64,000 nucleotides of DNA. Origin: Salisapilia sapeloensis CBS 127946. Lineage: Eukaryota; Protista; Oomycota. Where the stretch lies: contig JAADVB010000034.1 of NCBI GenBank assembly GCA_023334545.1, positions 1 through 64,000 on the forward strand. The letters are read 5' to 3'. A program made the position numbers and the translations under genes. Positions 31,901 to 42,096 of the stretch are shown piece by piece. The number at the start of each line of letters is the position of its first letter. The first letter of the stretch is position 1. Below the pieces are notes generated by a model. The model did no database searches, was not told where the DNA came from, and saw only the letters and a list, made by a program, of their open reading frames with translations.

Positions 31901-34900
31901 CATTGCTGTAGTGCCAAGTCAGCTGTCTGGGCGAGGAGTGCGTCTACCGTCGGCTTCTTCTCATTGTCCATGACCGCAATGTACAGTCGTTGAAGCCTTG
32001 TCTGCGGAGAGCTCAAGTCTGCAGCTGCCTGTCGACCAGGAGCAACGAGAAGTTGCTTAGCCTGCTGCCACTCACCTCTCTTCCACGAACAGTCCAGCAG
32101 TAGCTCTTGGTTTTGCGTTGATCTGGCAAAGTCATGCAGTAGCTGCCACTGACACAACTGACGAGCTGTACCGACCCAACGGTCTTCCCATAACCTTAAC
32201 TCGAATGCATTCACACTTTCGATGTCCCACTCTCCAGTCTTCACCTTAGATAGAGCCTTGTAGTATCCATCCTGTGCTTCATGTACGCTTCCAAGTGCTT
32301 CCAATGCAAGTGCTTTCTTCGTCTCCATGCTATCAACGTTGCGCATCGCTAAACCTGTGCGTAGATCCTGTTCGTTCAGATGCTTGTAGATCGTACTAAG
32401 TGCTTCAATCCATCGCATTCGTGTCTTTACTCCTAAAGAAGCGTTCTCTACTTGGAACTCACACAACCTCGTCGCGTGGTTCCATACGCCGTAGTTACTA
32501 GCTAGATGAAGCACAAGCTCTGGCGTTAATGCCGGAGCATCATGACTGACTGAGACGATGCCACGTACCAACGGCTGAACTGCGTTTGTGCGGCGGAGAC
32601 AGCATGATAGAGGTACGTTCAAGTCTCGCTTGAGAAACTTGGAAGAAAGCACCTTAATGAGATCCGAGTTCGCCTGCTGTCGTTGAATGTTTGTCAGTAG
32701 CATCCATGCCGATCGGAAGAGAGCGACCCACAGCTCACTCGCCAACTCCATGTCCACATGACACAACGTTCGAAGCTCATCAAGCATATCGCCAGAACTA
32801 GAGGTGGTGTACTTGCCGATAGCTGCCTCTGCTGTCGTGCTACTCATCACTTGGTCCTGCTCCTCATCACATAAACGAAGAGAGAGAGGAACCTTGGTTG
32901 AAACAGCAGATAAGAGCACCTCCGTACCCACGATCGGCCAATAGCGAGTACCGTTCGACTGCCACTCTTGCTGAAGAACCAATTGCAACCTCTCCGTCGG
33001 GTCTTCTGCACAGGTGGCTAAGAAGCGTTGTAGGAATTGCCTTCGAACGTCCACCTTTGGAGCTAGCAGGCCAGACATGAAGTGATTTGTCAGCCCTTGC
33101 GTCTTAGCACTAGGACTTATGTGCAGTAAAGACGGATGTGGTCCGTCTGAATCGCTCAGCCTTATAATCAAGTCGTAGTACTGATCGTTCAGTGGTACAG
33201 ATGCGACTTCATTCAATCGATCGAGTCCTGCCATCTTGCTTAGAAGCAGCATTTTGTCCTTGGCGGATAGAAGCTGCTTTTCATCGTTTATCAACAGAGT
33301 TGCTGAAATCTTACTGGCTTGGAGAAGCAAAGGAACATTGCTAGAGCTATCTAGACAGTGCACAAGTAGGCTAGAAAATGCCTTTCGTTGGTCTCCGGAC
33401 GGAAGAGAGCACTTAGATAGCAAAGAATAGCACAAAATCAAGAACTCGATCGATGGCTTTCGAGTAGAGACAGTGCCGCCTCCAGGAACACGTTTCCTGC
33501 TGCCATCATTCGCTGGATTCTCTGCACCTGGTCGAATCGGTTCTGCACTCTCGACAGATTTAGTCGCCCCACGCTGCTTTTCCTTCTTCTTTAAGTGGCG
33601 CACGACGTTGTTGACTGCAAGATTGGATCGTCCAGCCTGTAGCTGATCCCATTCATCCACCAACGCCAGTGTCGGTGTCGCCATCACATTGTTCCGTCCA
33701 AAAGCATCCGTCGAAACGTGTGCTTCTGGAGTCGAGTCATTCGATACGTTCCCACCACTGCCCTTTTCATTACCAGCCACCTCTTGCGATATGTGTTCCT
33801 TGGTGAACTTTTGTGCTAGCTTCAATAGAGGATCAGCGAACTGTTCAACAAAGGATGGATCGGCTTCCGTTAACGTCGTAAGCAGTCGGACAGTCATTTC
33901 ACCAGGAAAGTTAGCTGCAGATGACAGCATGCGTGGATGATGACCAAACAAGAAACGGATACGAGCAGCCTCATTATTCACCATGGATGCAGGCAGCTTC
34001 TGCTGCTTACCTGCTGCATTCGCTGCTGCTGCATTAGGTGGTCGACCAGGAGGATTGGCTTGTCCCTTGTTCTTCTTGCCTGCAGCACCAGAAGTGGACA
34101 CTGCGGTGGACGTTTCGGACTGCTGGTACGCTGCAGCATTCGTCAGACGTTCGTTGATGATGCTTTGCAGCCACGGGTAGAATTGACATGCTTCTAGATG
34201 CGTATCAGTAGCGGATGGCGGACTGATTTCCACCATGCGCTTGAGGAATGACGTTAGACCATGCTGAATATCAGGTGCATGTCTGTCAAAGCACGGTTCG
34301 AGCAACTTCATGATGCGTGGAGCGTACTGGACAACGTACGGTACCGATCGAGTCGACTTGTTTACGACTTCTGGCGCTATGAGTGAGTTCAGAATACCCA
34401 AGACAGCATCCAAGATGGTCGGAGAGGAAAGTGGTGCGCCCTTCGGGACAGAGAAAAAGGCTGGAAGGGAGGACTGACCGCTACTTTGCTGCTGCTTCGT
34501 ACCCTGAGCTGCCTGTTGCCGTACGATCGTATCGGCAGTGACAGCAACGAGCTTGTCAAAGTACGAGAGACGGATTGTCGAGGACGGCCAGAGTCGAATG
34601 GCTTTATCAAAGAGTTCACCACACGTTTTGGACAGTCGGGTTGTCTCTTGCTTATCTGCAGACGACAGAGCAAAGCGGAAAGCAAAGTTGACGACGAGGT
34701 CTATCATGGCGTTACTCAACTCAAACTCTTCTTCCGACTTGGACGACTGTTTACTCGGGGACTTTTCTTCGTCCTTCGTGCCAGATGCAACTTGCTCAGT
34801 TGAGACTTTTCCTTCTTTGTCTTCTACCTTGCGCTTTTTGCCTCCACTGTCTATGGCTTCCTCTGCTGGTCTCTTATTGACTTGAGATTCGGTCGTAGTG

Positions 34901-37900
34901 TCCTTGGCAGCTAAGCGTTCTCGACGTGTAGTTTCCCACGAGATGATCAAGTCAACGATACTAACGGCGAGTCGGCGGTTGTCAGGGGTGCTGCTAGGAG
35001 GGATCGCGAGACGATTCAGACTGCTCACCATGAGCGGCACGAACTGACCACGGAATGGGTAGAAGAGCGCTGGGTGTCGTACAACCAAAAACCACACGTG
35101 GACTAACTGAGGCAAATTCTGTCCTTCTTCATACGCGATCTTCTTGGTCCACTTAATCGCCTTGATGAACTCAGCCGACGGAAGACGAGTTGGTAACGCA
35201 GGCAAGAGAATGTCAAAAGCTTTGCGTACGAGGAATCGACAATCCATGTCATACGTACGCAGCAGTGCTACGTACACTTGCAGTACGATCTTTGGTGGCG
35301 TGTCGTAGACGGAAATGAACCGACAGACGTTTACGTACGCCCACAGCTTGGACGTCAGATCAGGTGATTTGAGGTGGTTCCACGCAAACTTGATCACGTC
35401 CTTCCGATGGTCCGTCACGTGCTTACTCATATGCTGTATCAAGAGCGTCCCAAGCTTTAACAGTTCAATCCTGAGACTTTGCATGGAGTCAGGTGCATGC
35501 TCTTTGCTCGCCAAGATTTCCCGAAGAGCCCACAGGACGGTGTCCTGGTCCATGATCTCCGTATTATCTACATCTGGATCCTCAAAGCTCTTTGTCAAGA
35601 CAGGCAACACTAGCACCCGCATCGCCTTTACCTTCAGCTCTTCCGTCGCAGTCGGTTCACGCAGCATTCTCAGCACGAGTCGAATGAGCGTCCGCTTGTT
35701 CGCTGCAGAGTACGTACGAGCCACCTCTTCACTCAAGAACTTGTCCAAGAAGGAAAAGTCAAACGCTGTCGGGTGAAGGAAGACAGAGAGCAAGTCCAGA
35801 AGCACTTGTGCGTCCTCCGGCTTCGCGCGACAGTACGACACGAGACACTTGACCAGCAACTTGGTCTCAAAGTGATGCTGGATCGGCAGTCGGTCCTGTG
35901 CTAACAAGCGTTGGATACGCGCTGGCGACCTCCACAGCTTCCGAAGACACTCAATCACAACGTTCTGATTCGCAAGCCACTCGGGATGCAGCTTACTCAC
36001 CGTCCGAACTAGGCGTAGACCTTGGTAATGTAGCTCAAGCGCATCTTTCTGAGCCTTGGAAGCAAATGGACCTCCTGTCGTAGCATTCGTACTTGCCAAT
36101 GCAACCGCTGGACTCTGCACCCTCGCCAGTTTTGCCTGTGCCTGAGCCTTTGCCCTCTGAACATAAGCCGATTGTGCCTGCTTTGCCTTCTCCTGTGCTT
36201 GCGCCAAGGTCATTCCTTGTGCTTGCGCCGCCGCGAGTGTCTGTGAATGCACTTTTTGGGCATTCGCCTGGATTTGGGCTTGCAACTGCTGCGCTTGGTG
36301 GTGCGTCGTCAGATTATTCAGTCCCGACGGTTGTGCTTTTGCCAAGTACTCTTTGCTAGCTTGATTCGCCTTTGCTTGCGCCTGTTGCAACGGAAGGCCT
36401 TGGCTTTGAGCCTGTGAAAGCGCCTGGTTATAAACCTTCTGAGCATTCGCTTGCACCTGTACTTGTGACTGAACCTTTAGCGCTTGCTGAGCATTCGCTT
36501 GAGCTTGTGCCTTGGCAACGTACGCTGCTTTCGCTTGCGAACCACGTGCTTCTGCTGCTGCTTGACTGAGACCCTGCGCCTGCGCGTTGGAGATGGCCTG
36601 CTGTGCTGCTTTCTTCGCATTCGCCTGGATCTGCGCCTGAACCTTTTGATCGTCCGTGTCCTCTGTTTTCGTTTCAGTTGCAGTGGAAGTGGGTGAAGGA
36701 GAAGCTGCAGATGTGTTGGACTTGGAAGCCGCTACGAACGTCGCAGAGATAAGCATTTCAGCACCTCCGTCAGCAGTGATGACCGATCGGATAGGTGCTG
36801 CTTCTGGCAGTCGAATCAGCTGCTGGAATAGAGAGTTATAGCGCCCATCGACAAGATGCTCTCGCTTTAGAAAGTAATTCACTGTCTGCTGTGCGTACTT
36901 GTTCAGGAACTTGGCTAGAGGTTTTAGATACGGACTACTCATGCGGCCATAGCTACCGTATTTTGGTAATGCAGCCTCCAACTCCACAACACATTGCACT
37001 AGAGGTTCTAGGAACGATTCATTCGGTGGAAGCAAGTGGAAGAGATCAATAATAGCAGCGGCTACAGCAGGCTCCTCGCCTCTCTTCCAGATGCCTGGCT
37101 TGATAATGCGTTCCGGCTCCTTCCACTGATTCAAATGCTCCAACAGCTTCTCACCGAGCGTTACGTTGAAGCAGCTACTGAGCATCGTCAATAACCTCGA
37201 CAGTCCCTCAAGAAGCGGCAAGTTCAGCTTCCTATAGTCTGCTAGGTTCAGTAGAACAGGACGCAGACACTGTTGCAGCAGCTCTTTCGGCAGTGCCATG
37301 TCCTTATTCCGCTTGTTGAGCTGGATCACATCGCCCAACGCTTTCTGCGCTGAGGAGACGAGAGACTCTGGCTGACCTGTCAAGTACCGGAAGAAGACAC
37401 CTACGAAGCGGTTCCTAGCGTCTTGGTGTTCACGAAAGTCTTCTGGTGCCGCCAAAAGTGCTGCTCGGAAGAGACGTACGGCAGCGATGCGTAGCTCGGA
37501 GGCTTGAGAGAGACTGAAAGGATACTCTTGAGAGGACGCTGCGCCAGGTAAGCTGGACGAATTGGATGACAACTCGCCATCACTACGTTGAGACGATAAT
37601 GGAGACTCTTCTGTGATAAGTTTCCAGACATCATGCAAAAAGTTGAGCAGCTCTTTTGTAAGTTCAAAGACTGGCGGATCGAGTTCCAAAACGTACGCCA
37701 TCGCATCGACGTATCCGACTCTTGTCATGGACGGAAGGGACTTGAGATTGCAACTCGTGGTCTGTTTAGACAGCATGGCATAGTACGGAGACAACAAGGT
37801 CGAAATGTCTGTCTGGGAGAGCTGAGCAAACTGTTGGATGCACTTCTTGGCACTGTCTCGCGCTGGTGTTTTGGCGCTTAGCAAGTGGACAACGAACATT

Positions 37901-40900
37901 TGGAAGAGTTCCGTGTGTTGGAACGACGCGGATGCCGCAAAGGTCGAGTCACTCGTCTCTTCCGACTGCAACGAGCCTACTTGCCATGCCTTTTCAACAA
38001 TGAAGAGCAGTGCCTCATTCGCATGCTTGGACACGACAGAAGAAACTTCAGCCGGATGGTCTGACAGTACGAACAAAAGCGCACGCACAATGGTAAGTAG
38101 ATTCTCATGGCACCAGCGAGCATCGAGGCGAACCGCCAACGCACGCAGACCGAGTGTACTTCCGTACTTTCGACGCCATCCACTCTTGTCGTAGCAAGCA
38201 TGGGCAAAGACAGCGCATGATGTATTAAAGAGACCTCCTGCAGTCTTGACAGCCTCTTCAGAAGAGTCATAGTAGGCAACAGCAGCATCCACAATGGTGC
38301 CTAGTACGCTTTCACCATGCTCTGCAACTTGATTATCATCTGAGCTGAGTGCATCTAAAAGTACGTTAAGAAGCATGTACAAGTCTTCAGACGACTCGGC
38401 GCCTTCCTGCATGCCTGCACTCCCATACATTGTCTGCTGAAGAGCCTCGATTCGTTCCGCCGTCGCAAGGTTTCTACCTGGAGACACACCTCGATTTCCG
38501 GCAGTCAACGTGCATGGCTCTAACGTCGAAAAAGGTTCCGATGTGGGGTCTTTTCGCCAGCAGTAACGAATAGCTCTCTTCGTAAGAACGGACGCTAGTG
38601 CTGCTATAAACGACATGGCTTCTTCACCAATATCCACATCCGTCGACACGTCTAATAGAAGAACAAGTAGCTTGTGAAGGACACTGCGTTGTGCCTCCAA
38701 TGCTTCAATCTGTCGCACGAGCGCTCGAGACGCGGTCGTATCGTTCTTCTCAAGACACGTAGCTACAATCTCCTGAACATCCGGTCCGGTTGAACTAGTC
38801 GACTCGTCGTCTTTATCCAGACGAAGTGCGATGACGAGTGTCCTACAAGCGACCGAAAAGGCCGCGTGCTTGTGTTCCTGCACAGTGTCCCGTATACGTG
38901 TCATCGTCTCCTTCTCCAACTCTAATGTCTTTTCATCCTTTTCGAGCAAAAACGACGGTCCGGACGACTCACTTTCATCAAGGTCTTCAAAGTCCACTAG
39001 ACGAGAATCAATCTTTCCTTCTCGAGCCCACTCGCAAGGTTTCTTGTGCACGTACTTGCGCAAAACGACACAAAGTCTCGAGACGATGGCTCCTATGGGT
39101 AACTTGAGATCCGTCTCGGATGCATCCTTCCACTTGAACAAGAACTCTAGGTCTGGTGACATGCGATCTGAGTTGTTTAGCTCGAGTGGATCCATTAGAT
39201 ACTGCCGATTGCGTCCACCAATCTTACCCAGAATACGCATCGCCAGCTCTCCATACGGGTAGGGAGGTGGTAAGAGGTGGGTATTTAGTGCCTCAATGAT
39301 TTCGGTTAGGAGTCGATCTTGGGACGTCATGATGGGGTAGAGAAAGTCTGGATTCAAGTTGTCCACCCAGAACTCTAGCGTACGTAGCCCAAGGAAGGCA
39401 AGTTCTCCTTTGGAAAGAATAGCCTTCACCACTGACTTCATGAGGGACGGAAGGTATTGTAGCAACGAGCTCAGTCGTGCTGGAATCGTTAGGCATAGTT
39501 CCAAAAGCACCTCTTGCATGGCAGGCCGTTGAATATGCTTTTGAAGTCGCATGAGCGCTGACAAGACACCAGACAGTAATGGAAAGACCTCCTTGTAAAA
39601 GTTCTCATACTTGCCACCAGAAATGGATCGAAATAGAGCTCTTAACAGCAACAAGTAATTGTCCGGATGTGGAGTGACAGTCGCTTCACGGAGACAAGCT
39701 TCAATGATCGAGCGCAGGTGTGGGAAAAGCGCCGATTCGTTTGACTTGAAGAGCGTCACACTGCCAAAGACGATTTTAAAAAGACGCAGGACGATAGATG
39801 CTCGATGCGCTTTCGACACAGGACGCATGCGTTCAAAGCGCAGACTTTCAATCTCCAACACACGTTGCTCACGAGACGTATCCTGCAGTTCACTATCTGC
39901 CTCGACACTTAGATCCTGCATCTGCGTAATGAGGAACTTCAGTAAGATCTCTGCAAACCAGCAGCTAACGTTCGAGTTCGCGAGAAAGTGCTGTGGGATC
40001 GTCAGAATAGCATTGTCCTGTAGGATACATTCAAACAGAAGATCAATGTTCGCAATGAAGAGATCACGAAAATCCGCTGCTTCTAACACTGTGAAAGCAC
40101 CTGCGAAGTGGTCCAGCATTTGCTTTTCTTCTGCAAGTGTGTTCTCGGACAAGGTGTACAGCACAAAACATCGGAGACCGTTCTGAAGCACTTTCGAGAT
40201 AAGCATTCGTTCGTCATCTGTCAACGGGAAGCTCTGGTTACTAGCATCCACTTGAAGAGTACTGTTGCTGGATAGAGGACTTGGATTTCGGTAGTGAGCC
40301 GTACACCAGATGACGGCTCTAATGCCTAGAATCATGGTCCTAAGGAGCGACTTGAGGTCACGCAAGGAAGGCTCTTCCTCTCCAACTGCCTCATCCGACT
40401 TTTGAGACTTGCGATACGGCTGTAAAAGCTGCTTTAGCTTCGCATCGTACGCAGATTCTTCTCCTGATTCCTTCGGAAGAAGACTACTCTGTCGAATTTT
40501 ACGCATGGCGCCACCGTCCAGCACATCGTTCCGCTCCCCATCCTTCTGACGCATTGAAGCTGCTAGCGCCACGGGAATATTATCTAGCGTCGTACCGAAC
40601 TTGCCAGAGATTGTCAGCAAGATACGAGCGAGGATGTTGCGCCCCCTCCATCCGTCAGGCTCTTCGTTCTTCGCACTGATGTCAACAAGGTTCAGGAGTA
40701 GTCTGATGGACGTTGTCTGTATGGAGATCGGCAAGGTCGCGTCGTGAATCCGTTTACCGTAGAACTCAACGATACGACTCACCTGACCCAGCGTCAGCAT
40801 ATCGCGGACATGATGGATCATGTCGGCGAGCGTCGAATATGCCAGCGGTCGGATCTGGAAGAAGCTACTGCGGCCTTTACCCACAAGCACATCGTCATTC

Positions 40901-42096
40901 ATGAGCGTCTCCAGTTGTGCGTAGAAACCTCGTCGAAAGTCTGTCGAAATGATGTGTCGAGCAGCTACGAAGATGTCCTTTCGAAGCACAAACGCGTCTT
41001 TCGGACAAGCTACAAGCAGCTTGACGGTGTACTCGCAGATGGAATCTTGGTATGGACGTACTTGATGGGCACAACCGCGCAAGAGGTACGTTACAAACGA
41101 CAGTGTTTTCACTTGACAGTCTAGGAAGTTGGTGTATCGTGTCGGATGCATCTTAGCAGCATGGTCTGGTGCTTTCAAAGCCAAGGCACGCATCATGGCA
41201 GGTACTAGAACCGGCACGTAGCGCTCGACGTATGGAGGGTAGGATTGGAAAAGCAACATGATGAGCAACGGTGCTTCGGAGATCGTTTTAAACGATTCCA
41301 TACCACCCCAAAGCTCCTGCTCAGTAGACTCTGTCCCTGGTTTTTCGCTCTCTGTAAATGTCGATTCAGGCTCCACTTTCGACGTTGGAGGCTGCTGGTC
41401 AGAAGACGCTGTTGCTTCCGATGTGACTTCATCAGCGACGACGACAGGGTCAGGAACTGAGACAGGTGCGCTCTCTTCTTTCGTCTCTTCGTCCTCTGTC
41501 GACTTGGCTTCTGGGTTCTCCGGCTTCATCTCGAGCTCCGACACGTCGGACGGTATTTCTGTTTCATTCATTGCTGCGGAGACTGCTGCTGTCGTCAACG
41601 GACTATTCTCAGCAGCTTTTGCTTCAGGAGGTGGTTCTGGAAACTGTTTCTTGATCGTCGTCTGTAGTTGTTTGTACATTTGCTGCACGACTTCGAGGAA
41701 CGCTGGGACGTCACTCTTGAGCGCCGGACGATAGCTCCTGTGCAGATCGAACAGCGTCTTTTGTGCTAACAAGGCATTCTCTTCATTGTCTTCCTTTATC
41801 ACGTGGAGTAGCAACGGAACGAGCTGTGGAAGGTGCGCTTTGAGTGCTTCACCCATGGGCACACGACCGACGATCTGCAAAAGGACTTTGCGACACCGGT
41901 GCCTGGTATTGGCATGTGTCTGTGGCAGCTCATCCGTTTCCAGCAGTTTCTTCCAGACGGGAAAAAGTTGCTCGAGGATGCTCCCGAGCTGCGGTGTATG
42001 AAAGACATCAGCTCGTCGGTTGAGCTCCTGGAGCTCCTGCAATCGAGTCTCCGAGGTGCCTTCCAAGAGCTTTTGCTTGGTCACTTCGACGTTCAT
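28918..42096 (-). CDS. TRRAP: TRRAP/Tra1 PIKK pseudokinase, scaffold of SAGA and NuA4 (single ~13.2 kb exon)
   Basis: HEAT solenoid with GLRTLEFWVDNLNPDFL and RILGKIGGRNR, FAT region (WRERLPNKWE), degenerate kinase loop (GDRTPHRL), PFRLTRNL, FATC ending WYPWL. First ATG at 42096. Confidence 0.96.
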   Translation of the reverse strand: MNVEVTKQKLLEGTSETRLQELQELNRRADVFHTPQLGSILEQLFPVWKKLLETDELPQTHANTRHRCRKVLLQIVGRVPMGEALKAHLPQLVPLLLHVIKEDNEENALLAQKTLFDLHRSYRPALKSDVPAFLEVVQQMYKQLQTTIKKQFPEPPPEAKAAENSPLTTAAVSAAMNETEIPSDVSELEMKPENPEAKSTEDEETKEESAPVSVPDPVVVADEVTSEATASSDQQPPTSKVEPESTFTESEKPGTESTEQELWGGMESFKTISEAPLLIMLLFQSYPPYVERYVPVLVPAMMRALALKAPDHAAKMHPTRYTNFLDCQVKTLSFVTYLLRGCAHQVRPYQDSICEYTVKLLVACPKDAFVLRKDIFVAARHIISTDFRRGFYAQLETLMNDDVLVGKGRSSFFQIRPLAYSTLADMIHHVRDMLTLGQVSRIVEFYGKRIHDATLPISIQTTSIRLLLNLVDISAKNEEPDGWRGRNILARILLTISGKFGTTLDNIPVALAASMRQKDGERNDVLDGGAMRKIRQSSLLPKESGEESAYDAKLKQLLQPYRKSQKSDEAVGEEEPSLRDLKSLLRTMILGIRAVIWCTAHYRNPSPLSSNSTLQVDASNQSFPLTDDERMLISKVLQNGLRCFVLYTLSENTLAEEKQMLDHFAGAFTVLEAADFRDLFIANIDLLFECILQDNAILTIPQHFLANSNVSCWFAEILLKFLITQMQDLSVEADSELQDTSREQRVLEIESLRFERMRPVSKAHRASIVLRLFKIVFGSVTLFKSNESALFPHLRSIIEACLREATVTPHPDNYLLLLRALFRSISGGKYENFYKEVFPLLSGVLSALMRLQKHIQRPAMQEVLLELCLTIPARLSSLLQYLPSLMKSVVKAILSKGELAFLGLRTLEFWVDNLNPDFLYPIMTSQDRLLTEIIEALNTHLLPPPYPYGELAMRILGKIGGRNRQYLMDPLELNNSDRMSPDLEFLFKWKDASETDLKLPIGAIVSRLCVVLRKYVHKKPCEWAREGKIDSRLVDFEDLDESESSGPSFLLEKDEKTLELEKETMTRIRDTVQEHKHAAFSVACRTLVIALRLDKDDESTSSTGPDVQEIVATCLEKNDTTASRALVRQIEALEAQRSVLHKLLVLLLDVSTDVDIGEEAMSFIAALASVLTKRAIRYCWRKDPTSEPFSTLEPCTLTAGNRGVSPGRNLATAERIEALQQTMYGSAGMQEGAESSEDLYMLLNVLLDALSSDDNQVAEHGESVLGTIVDAAVAYYDSSEEAVKTAGGLFNTSCAVFAHACYDKSGWRRKYGSTLGLRALAVRLDARWCHENLLTIVRALLFVLSDHPAEVSSVVSKHANEALLFIVEKAWQVGSLQSEETSDSTFAASASFQHTELFQMFVVHLLSAKTPARDSAKKCIQQFAQLSQTDISTLLSPYYAMLSKQTTSCNLKSLPSMTRVGYVDAMAYVLELDPPVFELTKELLNFLHDVWKLITEESPLSSQRSDGELSSNSSSLPGAASSQEYPFSLSQASELRIAAVRLFRAALLAAPEDFREHQDARNRFVGVFFRYLTGQPESLVSSAQKALGDVIQLNKRNKDMALPKELLQQCLRPVLLNLADYRKLNLPLLEGLSRLLTMLSSCFNVTLGEKLLEHLNQWKEPERIIKPGIWKRGEEPAVAAAIIDLFHLLPPNESFLEPLVQCVVELEAALPKYGSYGRMSSPYLKPLAKFLNKYAQQTVNYFLKREHLVDGRYNSLFQQLIRLPEAAPIRSVITADGGAEMLISATFVAASKSNTSAASPSPTSTATETKTEDTDDQKVQAQIQANAKKAAQQAISNAQAQGLSQAAAEARGSQAKAAYVAKAQAQANAQQALKVQSQVQVQANAQKVYNQALSQAQSQGLPLQQAQAKANQASKEYLAKAQPSGLNNLTTHHQAQQLQAQIQANAQKVHSQTLAAAQAQGMTLAQAQEKAKQAQSAYVQRAKAQAQAKLARVQSPAVALASTNATTGGPFASKAQKDALELHYQGLRLVRTVSKLHPEWLANQNVVIECLRKLWRSPARIQRLLAQDRLPIQHHFETKLLVKCLVSYCRAKPEDAQVLLDLLSVFLHPTAFDFSFLDKFLSEEVARTYSAANKRTLIRLVLRMLREPTATEELKVKAMRVLVLPVLTKSFEDPDVDNTEIMDQDTVLWALREILASKEHAPDSMQSLRIELLKLGTLLIQHMSKHVTDHRKDVIKFAWNHLKSPDLTSKLWAYVNVCRFISVYDTPPKIVLQVYVALLRTYDMDCRFLVRKAFDILLPALPTRLPSAEFIKAIKWTKKIAYEEGQNLPQLVHVWFLVVRHPALFYPFRGQFVPLMVSSLNRLAIPPSSTPDNRRLAVSIVDLIISWETTRRERLAAKDTTTESQVNKRPAEEAIDSGGKKRKVEDKEGKVSTEQVASGTKDEEKSPSKQSSKSEEEFELSNAMIDLVVNFAFRFALSSADKQETTRLSKTCGELFDKAIRLWPSSTIRLSYFDKLVAVTADTIVRQQAAQGTKQQQSSGQSSLPAFFSVPKGAPLSSPTILDAVLGILNSLIAPEVVNKSTRSVPYVVQYAPRIMKLLEPCFDRHAPDIQHGLTSFLKRMVEISPPSATDTHLEACQFYPWLQSIINERLTNAAAYQQSETSTAVSTSGAAGKKNKGQANPPGRPPNAAAANAAGKQQKLPASMVNNEAARIRFLFGHHPRMLSSAANFPGEMTVRLLTTLTEADPSFVEQFADPLLKLAQKFTKEHISQEVAGNEKGSGGNVSNDSTPEAHVSTDAFGRNNVMATPTLALVDEWDQLQAGRSNLAVNNVVRHLKKKEKQRGATKSVESAEPIRPGAENPANDGSRKRVPGGGTVSTRKPSIEFLILCYSLLSKCSLPSGDQRKAFSSLLVHCLDSSSNVPLLLQASKISATLLINDEKQLLSAKDKMLLLSKMAGLDRLNEVASVPLNDQYYDLIIRLSDSDGPHPSLLHISPSAKTQGLTNHFMSGLLAPKVDVRRQFLQRFLATCAEDPTERLQLVLQQEWQSNGTRYWPIVGTEVLLSAVSTKVPLSLRLCDEEQDQVMSSTTAEAAIGKYTTSSSGDMLDELRTLCHVDMELASELWVALFRSAWMLLTNIQRQQANSDLIKVLSSKFLKRDLNVPLSCCLRRTNAVQPLVRGIVSVSHDAPALTPELVLHLASNYGVWNHATRLCEFQVENASLGVKTRMRWIEALSTIYKHLNEQDLRTGLAMRNVDSMETKKALALEALGSVHEAQDGYYKALSKVKTGEWDIESVNAFELRLWEDRWVGTARQLCQWQLLHDFARSTQNQELLLDCSWKRGEWQQAKQLLVAPGRQAAADLSSPQTRLQRLYIAVMDNEKKPTVDALLAQTADLALQQWQGLPRVLSRTHLPLLHLFHKFVEVKESVQMMREIKTASTSHVLPNLKPAVNTWRERLPNKWEPILLWDDVLSWRSHMFQVVKTSFSWSDPQVLAAMHDSPWSVVKLAHTARKQSLPDVCLGALSKLYSVQAMDVQDAFAKLREQVSICLDSSKEYAGGLGVLHSTNLDYFSLRQKAEMFRLKALFLEALGQQSDANQTFSQCLQICDSFGKGWLSWGHFCYAQYKQTGELKLAAQTIACYLQAIHHRCNSARLLIARVLRLLGEDDSNGQLVQAFESHGKQLPIWVWIVWIPQLLLALGRPEAPQIRGLLRGLSAKFPQALYYTMRAFFLENRDSCSDTSSTRSSLGSLRETSNEFVYYRTKTNNVVAVPSSYSLAQIQEIPGLVGSAMQSLTEAGVSANTVLSLTFWKDKMKTSQGMRQDLGPVQYTEDLLNFLRKSHDALTFEMEGMLEEMITRFRPGPEEELLTAVRAVLLKCYQLPPQKQDDPAPKMILATLARVGGKLFSLQPHQRNSKHIQFAERFQRAFERDFPSATDEMDKSVDGDKSSLGHVMDRLKKWKHLLQLRVQKVGKRNSGKLPLEHWSRHLIELSSSAMEVPGQYISDSEPIKDLHPRILHLGHNIDVVLRNGFTHRRVALGGSDGRTYHFLVQYSMPHLTRTDERIMQMHLLLNRLLQRQKETKQRNAVLHVPKVIPFTPRVRLLEDDKDLVTLGDVYDLHCKRNGTDPDQPLELYSQKVSDACSTLTGNESAQEKEAIVAKAKEGVFTEACEKYVPETLLSKYIAGICSSSDAYFQFRNEFAKHLALSSFLSYALFVGDRTPHRLLFSRRTGRVVSSELRPTYASNGTLENNSAMPFRLTRNLHNFVTQAGVEGSMSIVFKAAATALVNEQDILHDQLSLFFRDDLMSWYLSKMKLAGNNDEQQPQLLLQAKKKLESQVQQRVGTNVNLFMGRVKGIAEKKEEAEERSGKNVKELLDIATSPERQQSMYSTWYPWL
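36148..36639 (-). repeat. Three ~45-aa Gln/Ala-rich repeats inserted in TRRAP
   Basis: QAQIQANAKKAAQQAISNAQAQGLSQAAAEARGSQAKAAYVAKAQ / QVQVQANAQKVYNQALSQAQSQGLPLQQAQAKANQASKEYLAKAQ / QAQIQANAQKVHSQTLAAAQAQGMTLAQAQEKAKQAQSAYVQRAK. Confidence 0.85.
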
